Shown: piece after piece, positions 21,328 through 33,262 of the stretch | How positions within the stretch are numbered: position 1 is the stretch's first letter | Layout: each line of letters starts with the position of its first letter | Assembly (NCBI GenBank): GCA_963764695.1 | Contig: CAVXTW010000015.1 | Location: forward strand, 221,845 to 285,844 | Direction: 5' to 3' | Length of the DNA stretch: 64,000 nt | From: an uncultured delta proteobacterium | GTDB taxonomy: Bacteria > Myxococcota_A > Polyangia > Haliangiales > Haliangiaceae | Notes under the pieces: model-generated | The model's input: only the letters and a program-made list of their open reading frames with translations | What the model was told of the DNA's origin: nothing | Database searches by the model: none | Translations under genes and position numbers: made by a program

Positions 21328-21729
21328 TCAGGCGGCGGCGGGCGGGGAGTTCTTCGGCGCTGCCGCGAGAAGCTCGATGGGGCGGACGTCGATCGATTCG
21401 AGCGCGATCGCGTCCGCGTGCACCGCGCAGGCCACGACGGAGCAGTCGCGATGTGCGGTCAGCGAGGCATCGGCACGGCAGAGGTGCGAGAAGGGACACT
21501 CGGCGTGAGCCGCGTCGTCGCGCGACTCTCCCCGGGTGACCTGGTCGCTCTCCGTACGAGACTGCTCGCCATGAGCCGCAGCGTCGCTCTCCTCGAAGGT
21601 GCCGTGCTCGAGGCAGTAGCGATGCTGGCTCTCGAGCGCGTGCACCGCACCGGCGACGGGTGCGACGATCCAGAACAGCGCCAGAAGCGCCGCCGGGATT
21701 CGCGCCACGCCACGTGGGTACGCGGGCAT
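21328..21729 (-). CDS. Small secreted Cys/His-rich protein, possibly metal-binding (DUF2946-like?)
   Basis: ATG at 21729. MPAYPRGVARIPAALLALFWIVAPVAGAVHA signal, then five Cys and multiple His (HRYCLEHG, AECPFSHLC, RDCSVVACAVH). Directly upstream of the TonB receptor on the same strand. Confidence 0.45.
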   Translation of the reverse strand: MPAYPRGVARIPAALLALFWIVAPVAGAVHALESQHRYCLEHGTFEESDAAAHGEQSRTESDQVTRGESRDDAAHAECPFSHLCRADASLTAHRDCSVVACAVHADAIALESIDVRPIELLAAAPKNSPPAAA

Positions 21730-21805
21730 AGAGACCAACTAGCGGTACACGCCGTCCGAACCGCTGTCAAGCCAGGGCCAGGACACCGTCACCATGTCTC
21801 GCTGA

Positions 21806-22291
21806 TCACTCGATGTCGAGGATCTCGAGCTCGCGTCGCCGGCCGGCCAGCCGCAGCTCGACCACGTCGCCGGGCTGCTTGCCGACAAGCGCCACGCCCA
21901 GGGGCGATCGCGGTGTCACGACCTGGACCGTGCCGTCGCCGAGGGTCTCGCCGCCGCCGTGCGATGCGACGAAGTAGGTCAGGCGGCGTCCGTCGTCGTC
22001 GACCGCGACCAGCGCTCCGAGCGCGACCGGCTGGTCGTCGGTGAACGGGCGCAGCGCCAGGGCCCGCACCGCGGCGACGGCGACCTCGAGGTCGGCGATG
22101 CGGGCGGAGTGGCCGCGGGCGAGATAGGACTGCTCGAGGCCGCGGGTGTCCTTGTCGTTCTCGGCGCGCGCCTGCTCGTGGGTGGCGCCCTCGATCGCCG
22201 ACTGGTGGGCGTTCCGGGCGGCGTCGAGCTGCGATGCGAGCCGGGCGACGAGCTCGGCCTGGAGATCGCGTTTTCGGTCGAGCGACGACAT
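21806..22291 (-). CDS. greA: GreA/GreB-family transcription elongation factor
   Basis: N-terminal coiled-coil and a C-terminal FKBP-like domain (TPRSPLGVALVGKQPGDVVEL...ELEILDIE), 161 aa. Confidence 0.8.
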   Translation of the reverse strand: MSSLDRKRDLQAELVARLASQLDAARNAHQSAIEGATHEQARAENDKDTRGLEQSYLARGHSARIADLEVAVAAVRALALRPFTDDQPVALGALVAVDDDGRRLTYFVASHGGGETLGDGTVQVVTPRSPLGVALVGKQPGDVVELRLAGRRRELEILDIE

Positions 22292-22320
22292 GAGCGGAGC
22301 GTACCCCCTTGCTCGTCAGA

Positions 22321-24013
22321 TCAGCCCGGTCGTCCTCGGCCAGGGAGCGTCGCGGCGATCTGCCGGGCCACTCGCACGCCGTCGAGCGCGGCCGACACGA
22401 TCCCGCCGGCGTACCCGGCGCCCTCACCGGTCGGGTAGAGACCGGGCATCGAGATGCTCTCGAGCGACGCGGCGTCGCGGGTCACGCGCACCGGTGAGCT
22501 GGTCCGCGATTCGGTCGCGATCAGCACGGCCTCGTCGGTGAGATAGCCGCGCAGGGTGTTGCCAAACGCCTTGATCCCGGCGCGCAGTTCGACCGGCGAG
22601 CGGCAGGCCCGACGACTCCAGCACGTCGGTGATGTCGCCGGCGGTCAGCCCGGGCAGGTAGCTCGACTCCGGCACCGTCGTCGATCCGCGCTTCTCGAGG
22701 AAGTCGGTCACCCGCGTCGCCGGCGCGCGCAGCGCTCCGCCCCCGGCGGCGAACGCGGCCACCTCGATGTGGCGCTGCAGCGCGATACCGCCGAGCGCGC
22801 CGCCGCGATCGGCGACCTCGGTGGCGCCATCGACATCGCCGACCTCGACGCTGACGACGATGCCCGAGTTCGCGAACTTCGAATCGCGCCGCGACAGACT
22901 CATCCCGTTGACCACGAGGCCGCCCGGTTCGGTCGAGGCCGGCACCACCCATCCGCCCGGACACATGCAGAAGGAGAAGACGCCGCGCCCACCGACCTGC
23001 TCGGCGAGCCGGTACGCCGCCGCGGGCAGCGCCGCGTGCCCGGCCGCGCGCCCGTACTGGATCTGGTTGATGAGCGGCTGCGGATGCTCGATGCGCACGC
23101 CGAGCGCGAACGCCTTGGGCTCGAGCGCGATGCCGCGCGCGGCCAGCATGGCGACGACGTCGCGGGCCGAGTGGCCGGTGGCCAGCACCACCGCGTCGCC
23201 GGTGACGGACGAGCCGTCGGCCAGGACGACCCCGGCCGCGCGACCGCCGTCGACGACGAGATCGACAACCCGCGCCCCGAACCGGACCTCGACCCCGACC
23301 GACTCCAGCCGGGCCCGCATCGCGCTCACCACCACCGGCAGCTTGTTCGACCCGATGTGCGGCCGCCCCTCGACCAGGATGGCGTCCGGCGCCCCGTGCA
23401 GCGCGAGCACCTCGATCACGTCGCGGACATCGCCTCGCTTGTGAGCCCGCGTGTAGAGCTTCCCGTCCGAGTACGTGCCCGCCCCGCCCTCGCCGAAACA
23501 GTAGTTGCTGTCTGCGTCCACCTCGCCGCGCTTGTTGAGGCCGGCCAGGTCGTGCCGCCGCGGCTGCACCGGCTTGCCGCGGTCGACGACGATCGACGCG
23601 ATTCCCTCGCGCGCCAGCTGATAGGCGCAGAACAGCCCCGCCGGCCCATCCCCGACCACCACGACTCGGGGCCCGCGCACATCGACCTCGCGCGGATGCG
23701 GAAGCCCGAGCTCGGGCGACTCCCCGGCCGCGCCGACGGTCAGGTGGAACCGCACGCGCCCCCGACGCGCATCGAGCACGCGCTTGCGCACCTCGAGCGC
23801 CGGCAGGTCGGCCGGCGCCACGGCGATCTTCCGCGCCACCGCCGCGCGGATGGCCACGTCGTCGGTCGCCTCGTCGAGTCCGACCTCGACCTCGATATCG
23901 CGCTCCGGGTCGATCCTCACGATGGCCTCTGGGCCGCCTGGACCAGGAGGCAAAGCTCGATGACCGGGACCGGGAGGAGGAGTAACAACCAGCGCACGCC
24001 GGTACCCTGCCAT
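22321..24013 (-). CDS. FAD-dependent oxidoreductase (NAD(FAD)-utilising dehydrogenase, COG2509-like); one frameshift near 22590
   Basis: GxGxxG dinucleotide motif (VVVGDGPAGLFCAYQLA). The conserved C-terminus (...GYLTDEAVLIATESRTSSPVRV...GLYPTGEGAGYAGGIVSAALDG) continues in the frame of ORF 22321..22527. Confidence 0.75.
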
Positions 24014-24242
24014 ACACGCGAGCGCGGCGCTCAGACGCGGCGGCGATTCGCCCCGCCTGGCCGCAGTATGGCCCTTGCGCGGCAGTACTGAACCGGCATG
24101 CTCATGCCGGGCGTCGTGCGTCGTGGCGCCAGTGGGCTGGAGCTGTCTTCCGTGCTCGGGCCTGCCTGGCCGCCCTTGCGCGCGGAACGCCGCTGGCCTG
24201 CCCTCCTGCTCAGGCGCCGTGGTTCAACACCCGGAGGCTACC

Positions 24243-26012
24243 TTGAGAAGAATCGCGTTGATCGCCCTGTGCTTGAGTGTCGGGCACTCCACCTCGGCCT
24301 GCAGCCTCTCGGATCCAGCCCCCGACTGGACAGACGCGGATCCGGACGTGGGATCGGTCGCGAGCGCCGTGGCAGCGGGTGACTGGTCGTTCCCCGGGGA
24401 GTTCGAGAGCCACCAGGCGATGTGGATGCTCTGGCCCACGTACGAGAACAAGGCGGGGTTTCCGTCGACCATCCCGATGAGCCACATGATCCGCGCCATG
24501 AGTGGACACGTCCACGTGAACCTCGCGGTCCAGGATGCCGACGATGAGGCGGCAGCCTCTGACTTCCTGGCCGACGCGGGCGTGCCGCTGGGGCACGTCC
24601 ACTTCTTCCACATCGAGCACGGCGACATCTGGGCCCGCGACACGGGGCCGCAGTTCACTCGAAGCGCGAAGGGTCGGCTGCGCATCAACGACTGGAACTT
24701 CAACATGTGGGGGCACGAGGAGCCGGACAGCGAGCTCAGCACCTTCGACGAGCCGTTCGACCGCACCGTCGCGTCGCTCATCGACGTGCGCACGCTCGAC
24801 GCGCAGGCGGGACCGGTCACGGGCGTGCGCCTGATCCATGAGGGAGGGAGCGCGACGCACAACGGCCACGGCACCATGATCGCCGTCGAGTCGGTCGTCA
24901 TCCAGCGGAACCTGGGGCCGGGCCGGTTCTGCGACGGGCAGGCGCCGGTGACCGACTACAGCGAGCCCAACACCTACGCTCCGCACCCGGGCTGGCCGGC
25001 CTGCCAGGCTCTGGTCGAGGATGAGTATCGAAGGATGCTGGGGGTCAAGAAGCTCATCTGGATCCCGACCGGCGTCATCGAGGACAACGGGACATACCGC
25101 GGCCCGGTCGGGACACATATCCACGTCCCGGACCAGGCGGGTGTCGAGATCCCCCACGCCGGTGTCTACACGGCCTTCACCACCAACGGGCACCCGGACG
25201 AGTACCTCCGATTCGTGGCCCCCGACAAGGTCGTGCTGGCACAGCAGACCGTGTCGGACGACCCCGTGACGACGCCCGCCGGGGAGATGATCCGCTGGCT
25301 GGAGCAGCAGAACCACGAGCGGCTCGAGCGCGTGTACGACATCGTGTCGCGGGCGACCACCGAATCCGGCGAGCCGATCGAGATCGCGCGCATCCCGACG
25401 CCCGAGTTCACGCTGGAGGCCTTCCAGCCCGGCGACGGCATCCACGACTACTACGCGAGCTACGATCGCTGGGAAGACGGCTCGACCACGCCCGAGGCCA
25501 TGCTGGTGGTCTGGCCGTCCAGCTACGTGAACTACGTGCCGACGAACGACCTCGTCCTCAGCGCGAGATACTGGAAGCCGGGTCGCTCTCGCTCGATCAA
25601 GGAGAAGGACGACGACGCAGCGGCCACCTTGAGGTCACTCTTTCCCGGCCGCGAGGTGGTGCAGATCGCCATCGAGAACGTCAACCGAGGAGGCGGCGGG
25701 ATGAACTGCATCACGCAGCAGCAGCCGGCCAGCGCCAGGTTCGCCGAGGCGTGCGGCTGGGCCAAGGTCATGGTCGACACTCAGACCGCCACCCTGTACG
25801 CCGGCCCGAGAGGCGGGCGCGCGCTCGGCAGCGTCCCGCGTCTCACCGGGTCCGGGCGTGACGTGTACCTCGAGCGCCTGGACGCGACGCGCAAGCGGGT
25901 CAAGGTCCGGGTCAAGGGCCGGTGCAGCGTCGACGGTCGCGTCGGATGGGTTGACCGGGGCGACATCGAGAGCGCGGGCGAGAAGTGCCCGTCCGTCTAC
26001 TCGGCGAACTGA
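24243..26012 (+). CDS. Agmatine deiminase / Porphyromonas-type peptidyl-arginine deiminase family lipoprotein with a C-terminal SH3b-like extension
   Basis: ggagg RBS, then a TTG start (LRRIALIALCLSVG lipobox). PAD_porph-like core (..GDIWARDTGP.., ..HIHVPD.., ..GGGMNCITQQ..). An extra ~140-aa basic C-terminal domain (RVKVRVKGRCSVDGRVGWVDRGDIE). Confidence 0.7.
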   Translation: MRRIALIALCLSVGHSTSACSLSDPAPDWTDADPDVGSVASAVAAGDWSFPGEFESHQAMWMLWPTYENKAGFPSTIPMSHMIRAMSGHVHVNLAVQDADDEAAASDFLADAGVPLGHVHFFHIEHGDIWARDTGPQFTRSAKGRLRINDWNFNMWGHEEPDSELSTFDEPFDRTVASLIDVRTLDAQAGPVTGVRLIHEGGSATHNGHGTMIAVESVVIQRNLGPGRFCDGQAPVTDYSEPNTYAPHPGWPACQALVEDEYRRMLGVKKLIWIPTGVIEDNGTYRGPVGTHIHVPDQAGVEIPHAGVYTAFTTNGHPDEYLRFVAPDKVVLAQQTVSDDPVTTPAGEMIRWLEQQNHERLERVYDIVSRATTESGEPIEIARIPTPEFTLEAFQPGDGIHDYYASYDRWEDGSTTPEAMLVVWPSSYVNYVPTNDLVLSARYWKPGRSRSIKEKDDDAAATLRSLFPGREVVQIAIENVNRGGGGMNCITQQQPASARFAEACGWAKVMVDTQTATLYAGPRGGRALGSVPRLTGSGRDVYLERLDATRKRVKVRVKGRCSVDGRVGWVDRGDIESAGEKCPSVYSAN

Positions 26013-26073
26013 AGGTACGGCGGGCGGTCCGCCGCGCGAGCGGACGGCGCGGTGGTCCGCTACCCTGTGGCCC

Positions 26074-26796
26074 ATGCTCGCGCTCATCCTCGACCGCACC
26101 CATGCATGCCTCCTCGATCAGGGCCGCATTCCCGACGTCGCGCTCGACGGCGGGCGGGCGCTGCCTGCGGTCGAGGCTCATCTCGCGGCGCTCGGCATCA
26201 CGGTGCCGGCGGCGGCCGGGTCGCGCCCGCGCGGCGACGGGCGCGGTCGAGACTTCGTCTTCGTGACCGATCGGTTCGCCGCGCCGGCGGGGATGGAGTG
26301 GCGGCCGCTGCGCCAGACCGGTGACGATGTCTGGGGCCTCTACGTGCACTGCATGCTCGGCGGGTGGGAGCCGCCGGTCCGCGCCGTCAACGTCTGGTCC
26401 TTCGGCAACGAGCCGGAGATGGCCAGCCGTCTGGCCCACCTCGTGACATGCGGCGAGAAGCGCGTCACCGTCGGCTGGATCGCCGCATCCGAGCGGTCCG
26501 GCACCCCGCTCGCATACGAGGGCGGCGTGAGCGTGGTGACCGACGGGTTTGGCTATCCGCTGCTGGTCCTGCGCAGCGCTGCCGTGCGCGAGCAACCCTT
26601 CGGCGACATCGACGCGGAGACCGCCGCCGCCGAAGGGGAAGGCGACCTCTCCTACGAGGACTGGCGCGAAGCTCACGTGGCCTACTTCGAGGGCGAGGCC
26701 CGCACCCTCGGGCTCTCGTTCGACGACCGCGTCCTCATCTCCGTGGAGCGCTTCGAGGTCCTCCACATCGTCGGACGCGCCGACGTCATCCGCTGA
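26074..26796 (+). CDS. ASCH-domain protein
   Basis: Internal ATG at 26074 (MLALILDRTHACLL...). The C-terminal half resembles ASCH/YqfB (..GEKRVTVGW.., ..AEGEGDLSYEDWREAHVAYF..). Confidence 0.55.
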   Translation: MLALILDRTHACLLDQGRIPDVALDGGRALPAVEAHLAALGITVPAAAGSRPRGDGRGRDFVFVTDRFAAPAGMEWRPLRQTGDDVWGLYVHCMLGGWEPPVRAVNVWSFGNEPEMASRLAHLVTCGEKRVTVGWIAASERSGTPLAYEGGVSVVTDGFGYPLLVLRSAAVREQPFGDIDAETAAAEGEGDLSYEDWREAHVAYFEGEARTLGLSFDDRVLISVERFEVLHIVGRADVIR

Positions 26797-28042
26797 TCCG
26801 CCGCTGCGCCGCGGCAGGGGCCCTGGCGTGGCGCAGGGCCACCACCACGGCGATCGCCAGCAGCAGTGTCGCGATCAGGAAGGGGACGCCGGGGAGGTGG
26901 ATGGGGTTGCGCGGGTCGACGAAGTAGCCGAACGAGGCGGCGAAGATCGTCGGACCGATGATCCCCGCCATCGACACCAGGCTGGTCAGGGCGCCCTGGA
27001 TGCGGCCCTGCACGTCGGCGCCCACCTGGAGGGTGATCAATGCCTGTGTGGCGGGCGCGGCCATCGCCCACAGCGCGCTGATCGGCAGGCCGACCAGGAA
27101 GATCCAGCCCTGGCTCGCCAGCCCGTAGATCGCGAAGCCGATGGCGCCACCGATGAGGCCGAGCAAGAGCGCGCGACGCTCGCCGAATCGCTTCACCGCG
27201 CGGCCGACCAGTCCGACGTTGACAAGGACGCTGAGGACGCCGACCACGGCGAGCACGTAGCCGACCTCCTTCTGACCCCAGCCGAAGCGATGGTCGGCGA
27301 ACAGGACGAACACGCTGGGATAGACGTAGAAGGCCACGTTGGCGAGAAAGACGACGGCGGCCAGGCCGAGCACCTGCGGGTAGCGCCGCAGCAGCTTGAT
27401 CGAGCCGAGCGGATTGGCGTGGGACCAGTCGAAGCGCGGGCTGCGGTGGCCCGGCGCGAGCGATTCGGGCAGCACGAACAGGCCGTAGATGAAGTTCAGA
27501 AGGGCCAGGCCGGCGGCGAACCAGAACGGCAGCCGCAGGTCGATGTCGCCCAGGATGCCACCGGCGAGCGGGCCGATGATGAAGCCGAGGCCGAACGCCG
27601 CGCCGAGCATGCCGTAGCTCCTGGCCCGCTCCGACGGCTCGGTGATGTCAGCGACGTAGGCGTTGGCGATGGTGAGGCTGGCCGAGGTGACCGCCGAGAT
27701 CACGCGGCCCACGAAGAGCCACACGAGAGTCGGCGCCACCGCCATGAACACGAAGTCGAGCGCCAGCCCCAGGCACGAGATCAGGATCACGGGGCGGCGG
27801 CCGAACCGGTCCGACAGGGCACCCTGAACGGGCGAGGTGACGAACTGGATCAGCGCGAACACCGTGCCGAACGCGCCGATCCAGTAGGCCGCCGTCGAGG
27901 TGGTTCCGCCGGACAGCTGCTCGACCAGGTGCGGCAGGCCCGGAATGATCACGCCGAACGCCAGCAGGTCGATCAGGACCGTGAAGAAGATGAAGACGAG
28001 CGCGGCGCGGCGCGACGCGGACGGAAGAGAGAGGTCGGTCAT
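26786..28042 (-). CDS. MFS transporter (DHA1/Tet-like, 12 TM)
   Basis: ATG at 28042 (MTDLSLPSASRRAALVFIFF...). MFS signature GALSDRFGRRPV and multiple hydrophobic helices. Confidence 0.85.
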   Translation of the reverse strand: MTDLSLPSASRRAALVFIFFTVLIDLLAFGVIIPGLPHLVEQLSGGTTSTAAYWIGAFGTVFALIQFVTSPVQGALSDRFGRRPVILISCLGLALDFVFMAVAPTLVWLFVGRVISAVTSASLTIANAYVADITEPSERARSYGMLGAAFGLGFIIGPLAGGILGDIDLRLPFWFAAGLALLNFIYGLFVLPESLAPGHRSPRFDWSHANPLGSIKLLRRYPQVLGLAAVVFLANVAFYVYPSVFVLFADHRFGWGQKEVGYVLAVVGVLSVLVNVGLVGRAVKRFGERRALLLGLIGGAIGFAIYGLASQGWIFLVGLPISALWAMAAPATQALITLQVGADVQGRIQGALTSLVSMAGIIGPTIFAASFGYFVDPRNPIHLPGVPFLIATLLLAIAVVVALRHARAPAAAQRRISG

Positions 28043-28238
28043 CGAGTGGCCGCCGGCAGACGCGATACGCACTCTACCTGCACTCCACCGGTCGCACGAC
28101 GATCGCGCTTGCTCCCGGATCACTGCAGCGCTGCAGAGAAGCGCGCGCTACTGAAGTCGTTGCAGCTGAACCCGGGAGTGCGCCGCGCTCGGATCGATCA
28201 GCGGGAACGACGTGGTGCTGATCGCGCGACTCGTCCTT

Positions 28239-28790
28239 TCACGCACCGCGCCAGGCCTGCGGTTCGAATGCCGCCTCGAGAGCTGGCCTGGTGATGTTCC
28301 CGGCGTAGTTCGCCATCACCGAGACGGCGAGCCCGGCGAGTACCTCGAGCGCCTGCTCGGGGGTGAAGCCCGCCTCGGTGAAGCGGCGCAGCTCCTGGTC
28401 GTCGAGGTGCCCGCGCTTCTCGATGAACGCCCTGGTCAGCGCCGACAGCGCGGCCAGCCCGGGGTCGCCGGGCAGCCGGCCCTCGCGGATCGCGCGCACG
28501 TCGTCGGCGGCCACGCCCTCGCGCAGCGCCGCTGTCGAGTGAAACGCGACGGCCCAGGCACTTCGATTGGTCACCGCGTTGGTCAGCAGCAGAGCCTGGC
28601 GCTGGCCGCCGGTGAAGGTTCCGCCGAGAAAGTTGACCAGCGCGCCGACGAAGCCGTTCACCAGGGTCGGCGATGCGGCCATCGTCGCCGCCAGGTTCGG
28701 GATCATTCCGAAGTTCTTCTGCAGCCGCTGCAGCGCGTCCCTGGCCTTCTCCGGCGCCGACTCGAGAGTGTGAATTCGATAAGTGTGCAC
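28239..28790 (-). CDS. Carboxymuconolactone decarboxylase (CMD/AhpD-like) family protein
   Basis: ggagg RBS, then a GTG at 28790 (VHTYRIHTLESAPEKARDAL...). CMD-family fold-like sequence, 183 aa. Confidence 0.7.
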   Translation of the reverse strand: MHTYRIHTLESAPEKARDALQRLQKNFGMIPNLAATMAASPTLVNGFVGALVNFLGGTFTGGQRQALLLTNAVTNRSAWAVAFHSTAALREGVAADDVRAIREGRLPGDPGLAALSALTRAFIEKRGHLDDQELRRFTEAGFTPEQALEVLAGLAVSVMANYAGNITRPALEAAFEPQAWRGA

Positions 28791-28903
28791 AGTCGTCCTC
28801 CGCCTTGATGAGAGCGCGCACCGTCGCGCGCCCATCATCCATAGCGAGGCCTGGTGCACGCCTCAATTCCCCCGGAGGTAAGCGTCCGTGTGCCGCGGGT
28901 CGA

Positions 28904-29647
28904 TCACTCCAGAACGACGACGTCGCCGACCGCGACGCGGCCGGGCTGGACCGTGGTGCCGTACACGCCGAGGCAGGTGTCGCGCTCGCGTCCGATGGCG
29001 CGCAGGATGGCCGGGTCGCGCTCGGTCGTCGTCGGATCGACGTTGACCATGACGCAGCGCTGGTCGCGCTTGTCAACGCGCATGCGGAGCTCGCCGACGC
29101 GCAGGACCGACCCGACCCACGCGTCTTCCGGGAACTGGGCATCGCCGGTCGGCTCCACGACGACGTTTGGCCGGAAGCGAAGCAGGTCGAGCTCGGCGCC
29201 GACCATCGCGCCGAGGCCGGCGATCGTCCGGGTCGTGATGAGAGACAGCGGCATGGTGTCGAAGACCCCGCGGTCCTGCTTGATGACGCGCACGCCGTCG
29301 CCGAGTCGCGCGGCCAGCGCCGGATCGAGGACGTCGAGGACATCGCCGGACGGCGTGCGCACCGCGACAGGCGACGCGTCCGGTCGGTCCGGCTCGACGA
29401 AGGACGGCCGGTGCAGGCCCATGTCCGGGCGCTCGCGGATGGTCAGCCACGGAAAGCCGCTCCGCTCCAGGCCGCCGCGGATGAAGGCCCAGCGGCGGTC
29501 GCCGGCCAGGCCGTTCCACGACACCTCGACCTCCTCGAGCGGCTCGGCGGCCATCGACTTCACCGGATAGCGCAGGAGCGCTGCGACGCGGCCGAGCTCG
29601 ACACCGGACACGGGCCGCGGTTGCGACCCTCGACTGAAGGGACTCAT
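28904..29647 (-). CDS. MOSC-domain protein (MOSC N-terminal beta-barrel + MOSC)
   Basis: aggagg RBS, then the ATG at 29647 (MSPFSRGSQP...). ..LRYPVKSMAAEPL.., RFRPNVVVE, conserved Cys in CVMVNVDP. Confidence 0.75.
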   Translation of the reverse strand: MSPFSRGSQPRPVSGVELGRVAALLRYPVKSMAAEPLEEVEVSWNGLAGDRRWAFIRGGLERSGFPWLTIRERPDMGLHRPSFVEPDRPDASPVAVRTPSGDVLDVLDPALAARLGDGVRVIKQDRGVFDTMPLSLITTRTIAGLGAMVGAELDLLRFRPNVVVEPTGDAQFPEDAWVGSVLRVGELRMRVDKRDQRCVMVNVDPTTTERDPAILRAIGRERDTCLGVYGTTVQPGRVAVGDVVVLE

Positions 29648-29838
29648 GGGGATGCCTCCTCGATGGAAGGCGCCCTTGACCCGGATGCCGAGCTCGAGCG
29701 TGGCGGACCAGGTCCGTTGCAGCGCCCCTCGAGTCGGTTGCGCCAGGACGGCGCAGGGGATGCTTTTCGAAACAAGCGAGCCCACGAAGCGTCGGCGAGA
29801 ACGCCGCGCCTGTCAACTGCACGCGACGTGCGCGCCCG

Positions 29839-31068
29839 ATGCATCATCCAATGGCGATGCGTGAACCGGCGCTGGACGTGGCGGTCATCGGGTGCGGGAC
29901 CGCGGGCGCCGCGGCCGCGCTGTTTCTGGCCCGTGCCGGCCACCGCGTGTCGGTGTTCGAGCGCGTGCCGGAGCCGGGGCCGGTCGGCGCCGGCATCCTG
30001 ATCCAGCCGACCGGCCAGGCGGTGCTGGCCCGCCTCGGCCTGCTCGACCAGGTGCGCGACCGCGCCGCGCCGGTGGCTCGCCTGCTGAGCGTGCGCCGCT
30101 CGGGACGCGCGGTGGTCAACCTCTCCTACGACGAGCTGCGCGGTCGCGCGGCGATCGGGCTGGGCACTCACCGCGGCCTCCTGTTCCAGGTCCTGTTCGA
30201 CGCCATCGCCGCCGAGCCGGGCATCGCGCTGCGTGTCGGCTGCGACGTGGAAGCGGTCCACCGAGCAGTGGGCGGCCGGCGCGCGCTCGCCGGCGCGAAC
30301 GGCGAGGCGCTCGGCGACTTCGATCTTGTCGTCGTGGCAGGCGGCGCTGACTCCGGCCGCCTCACCGCCGAGCTGGACGCGCGCGTGTCGCGCTACCCGT
30401 GGGGCGCGCTCTGGTTCGTGGCCCGCGATCCGGAGGGCGCCTTCGCCGGCTGTCTCCACCAGGTGGTCGACGGCGCGCGCCGCATGGTCGGCCTCCTGCC
30501 GACCGGCCTCGCGCCCGGCTCCGACCATCCGGTGGTGAGCCTGTTCTGGAGCGTGCGCGTGGACCGGGTGGCTGCCCTGCGCGAGGGCGGGCTGGCCCTC
30601 TGGCGCGACGAGGTCCTGGCGCTCGAGCCGCGCGCCGAGCCGGTCGTGCAGCAGCTCGGCGACATGGACCAGCTCCTGCTCGCGCGCTACTTCGACGTGC
30701 GCATGCGCCGCTGGCACGCCGAGGGCCTGGCCGCGCTGGGCGACGCGGCGCACGCGACCAGCCCGCAGCTGGGCCAGGGCGCCAACCTCGCCCTGTGGGA
30801 CGCGATGGTGCTGGCCGAGTCGATCGCCGGCGCCGGGCTCGCCGGCGGCCTCGCCGCCTACAGCCGCGCGCGCCGCGCCCACCTGCGCTACTACCAGCTC
30901 GCCACCCGCTGGCTCACACCGCTCTTCCAGTCCGACTCGCGCGTGGGCGGCTGGCTGCGCGACCGGTTCCTGCCCCTGGCCAACCGCTTCGGCCCCACCC
31001 GCCGGCTCATGCTCGAGACGATGGCCGGCGTGCGCCGCGGCTTTCTGCGCCGCTCCCTGACCGCGTAG
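29839..31068 (+). CDS. FAD-dependent monooxygenase (UbiH/salicylate-hydroxylase-like)
   Basis: GxGxxG (VAVIGCGTAGAAAALFLARAG) and the DG fingerprint GDAAHATSPQLGQGANLALWDA. Confidence 0.85.
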   Translation: MHHPMAMREPALDVAVIGCGTAGAAAALFLARAGHRVSVFERVPEPGPVGAGILIQPTGQAVLARLGLLDQVRDRAAPVARLLSVRRSGRAVVNLSYDELRGRAAIGLGTHRGLLFQVLFDAIAAEPGIALRVGCDVEAVHRAVGGRRALAGANGEALGDFDLVVVAGGADSGRLTAELDARVSRYPWGALWFVARDPEGAFAGCLHQVVDGARRMVGLLPTGLAPGSDHPVVSLFWSVRVDRVAALREGGLALWRDEVLALEPRAEPVVQQLGDMDQLLLARYFDVRMRRWHAEGLAALGDAAHATSPQLGQGANLALWDAMVLAESIAGAGLAGGLAAYSRARRAHLRYYQLATRWLTPLFQSDSRVGGWLRDRFLPLANRFGPTRRLMLETMAGVRRGFLRRSLTA

Positions 31069-31127
31069 TCGGGGGCCCGCGCGGGCCAGCTTGCGCTATC
31101 TTCGGGGCTGGTCGAGGACTCCTGCCC

Positions 31128-31699
31128 ATGGCGCGCATCGTTGCGGAGCTCGAGGCGACAATCGAGGTGCTCCTGGATCAGGGCCGGGCGCACGACGCGA
31201 TGACCGCCGCGGTGCGCGGATACGGTCCTGCCGTGCTCGGCTTCCTGGTGTCGTCGCTCAAGGACAAGGACACCGCGAAGGACGTCTTCTCGCAGGCGTG
31301 CGAGAACCTTTGGCGCAACATCGCCGGCTTCCGCCGCGAGTGCGCGTTCGGGACCTGGTTCTACGTCCTGGCCTGGAACGCGGCCAAGAACCAGCTCAAC
31401 GAGGCGCACCGGCGCCGCGTGCGGCGACTGCAGACCAGCGAGATCTCGCAGCTGGTCGCGCCGATCAGATCGACCGGCGTGAGCCACCTGCGGGGCGAGG
31501 CGGCGCGGCTGCGCGACAGCTTGACGCCGGAGGAGCGAACGCTCTTGATCCTGCGCATCGATCGCGCCATGCCGTGGGGCGACGTGGCGCGCGTGATGGA
31601 GGTTGACGAGCCGGTGCTGCGCAAGCGCTACGAGCGGATCCGCCGCAAGCTCAAGCGAGGCGCCGAGGCCGGCGGGCTGATCAAGCCGCAGGGGATCCG

Positions 31700-31703
<4 letters not shown>
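31128..31703 (+). CDS. ECF-type RNA polymerase sigma-70 factor (STK-associated group, ECF43-like)
   Basis: Region 2 (..[22 protein letters not shown]..) and region 4 HTH (..[26 protein letters not shown]..). 4-bp GTGA overlap with the downstream kinase. Confidence 0.85.

Positions 31704-33262
<1,559 letters not shown>

Noticed and set aside
22556-24091. 511-aa + strand ORF
   Set aside because: Antisense of the FAD-dependent oxidoreductase gene.
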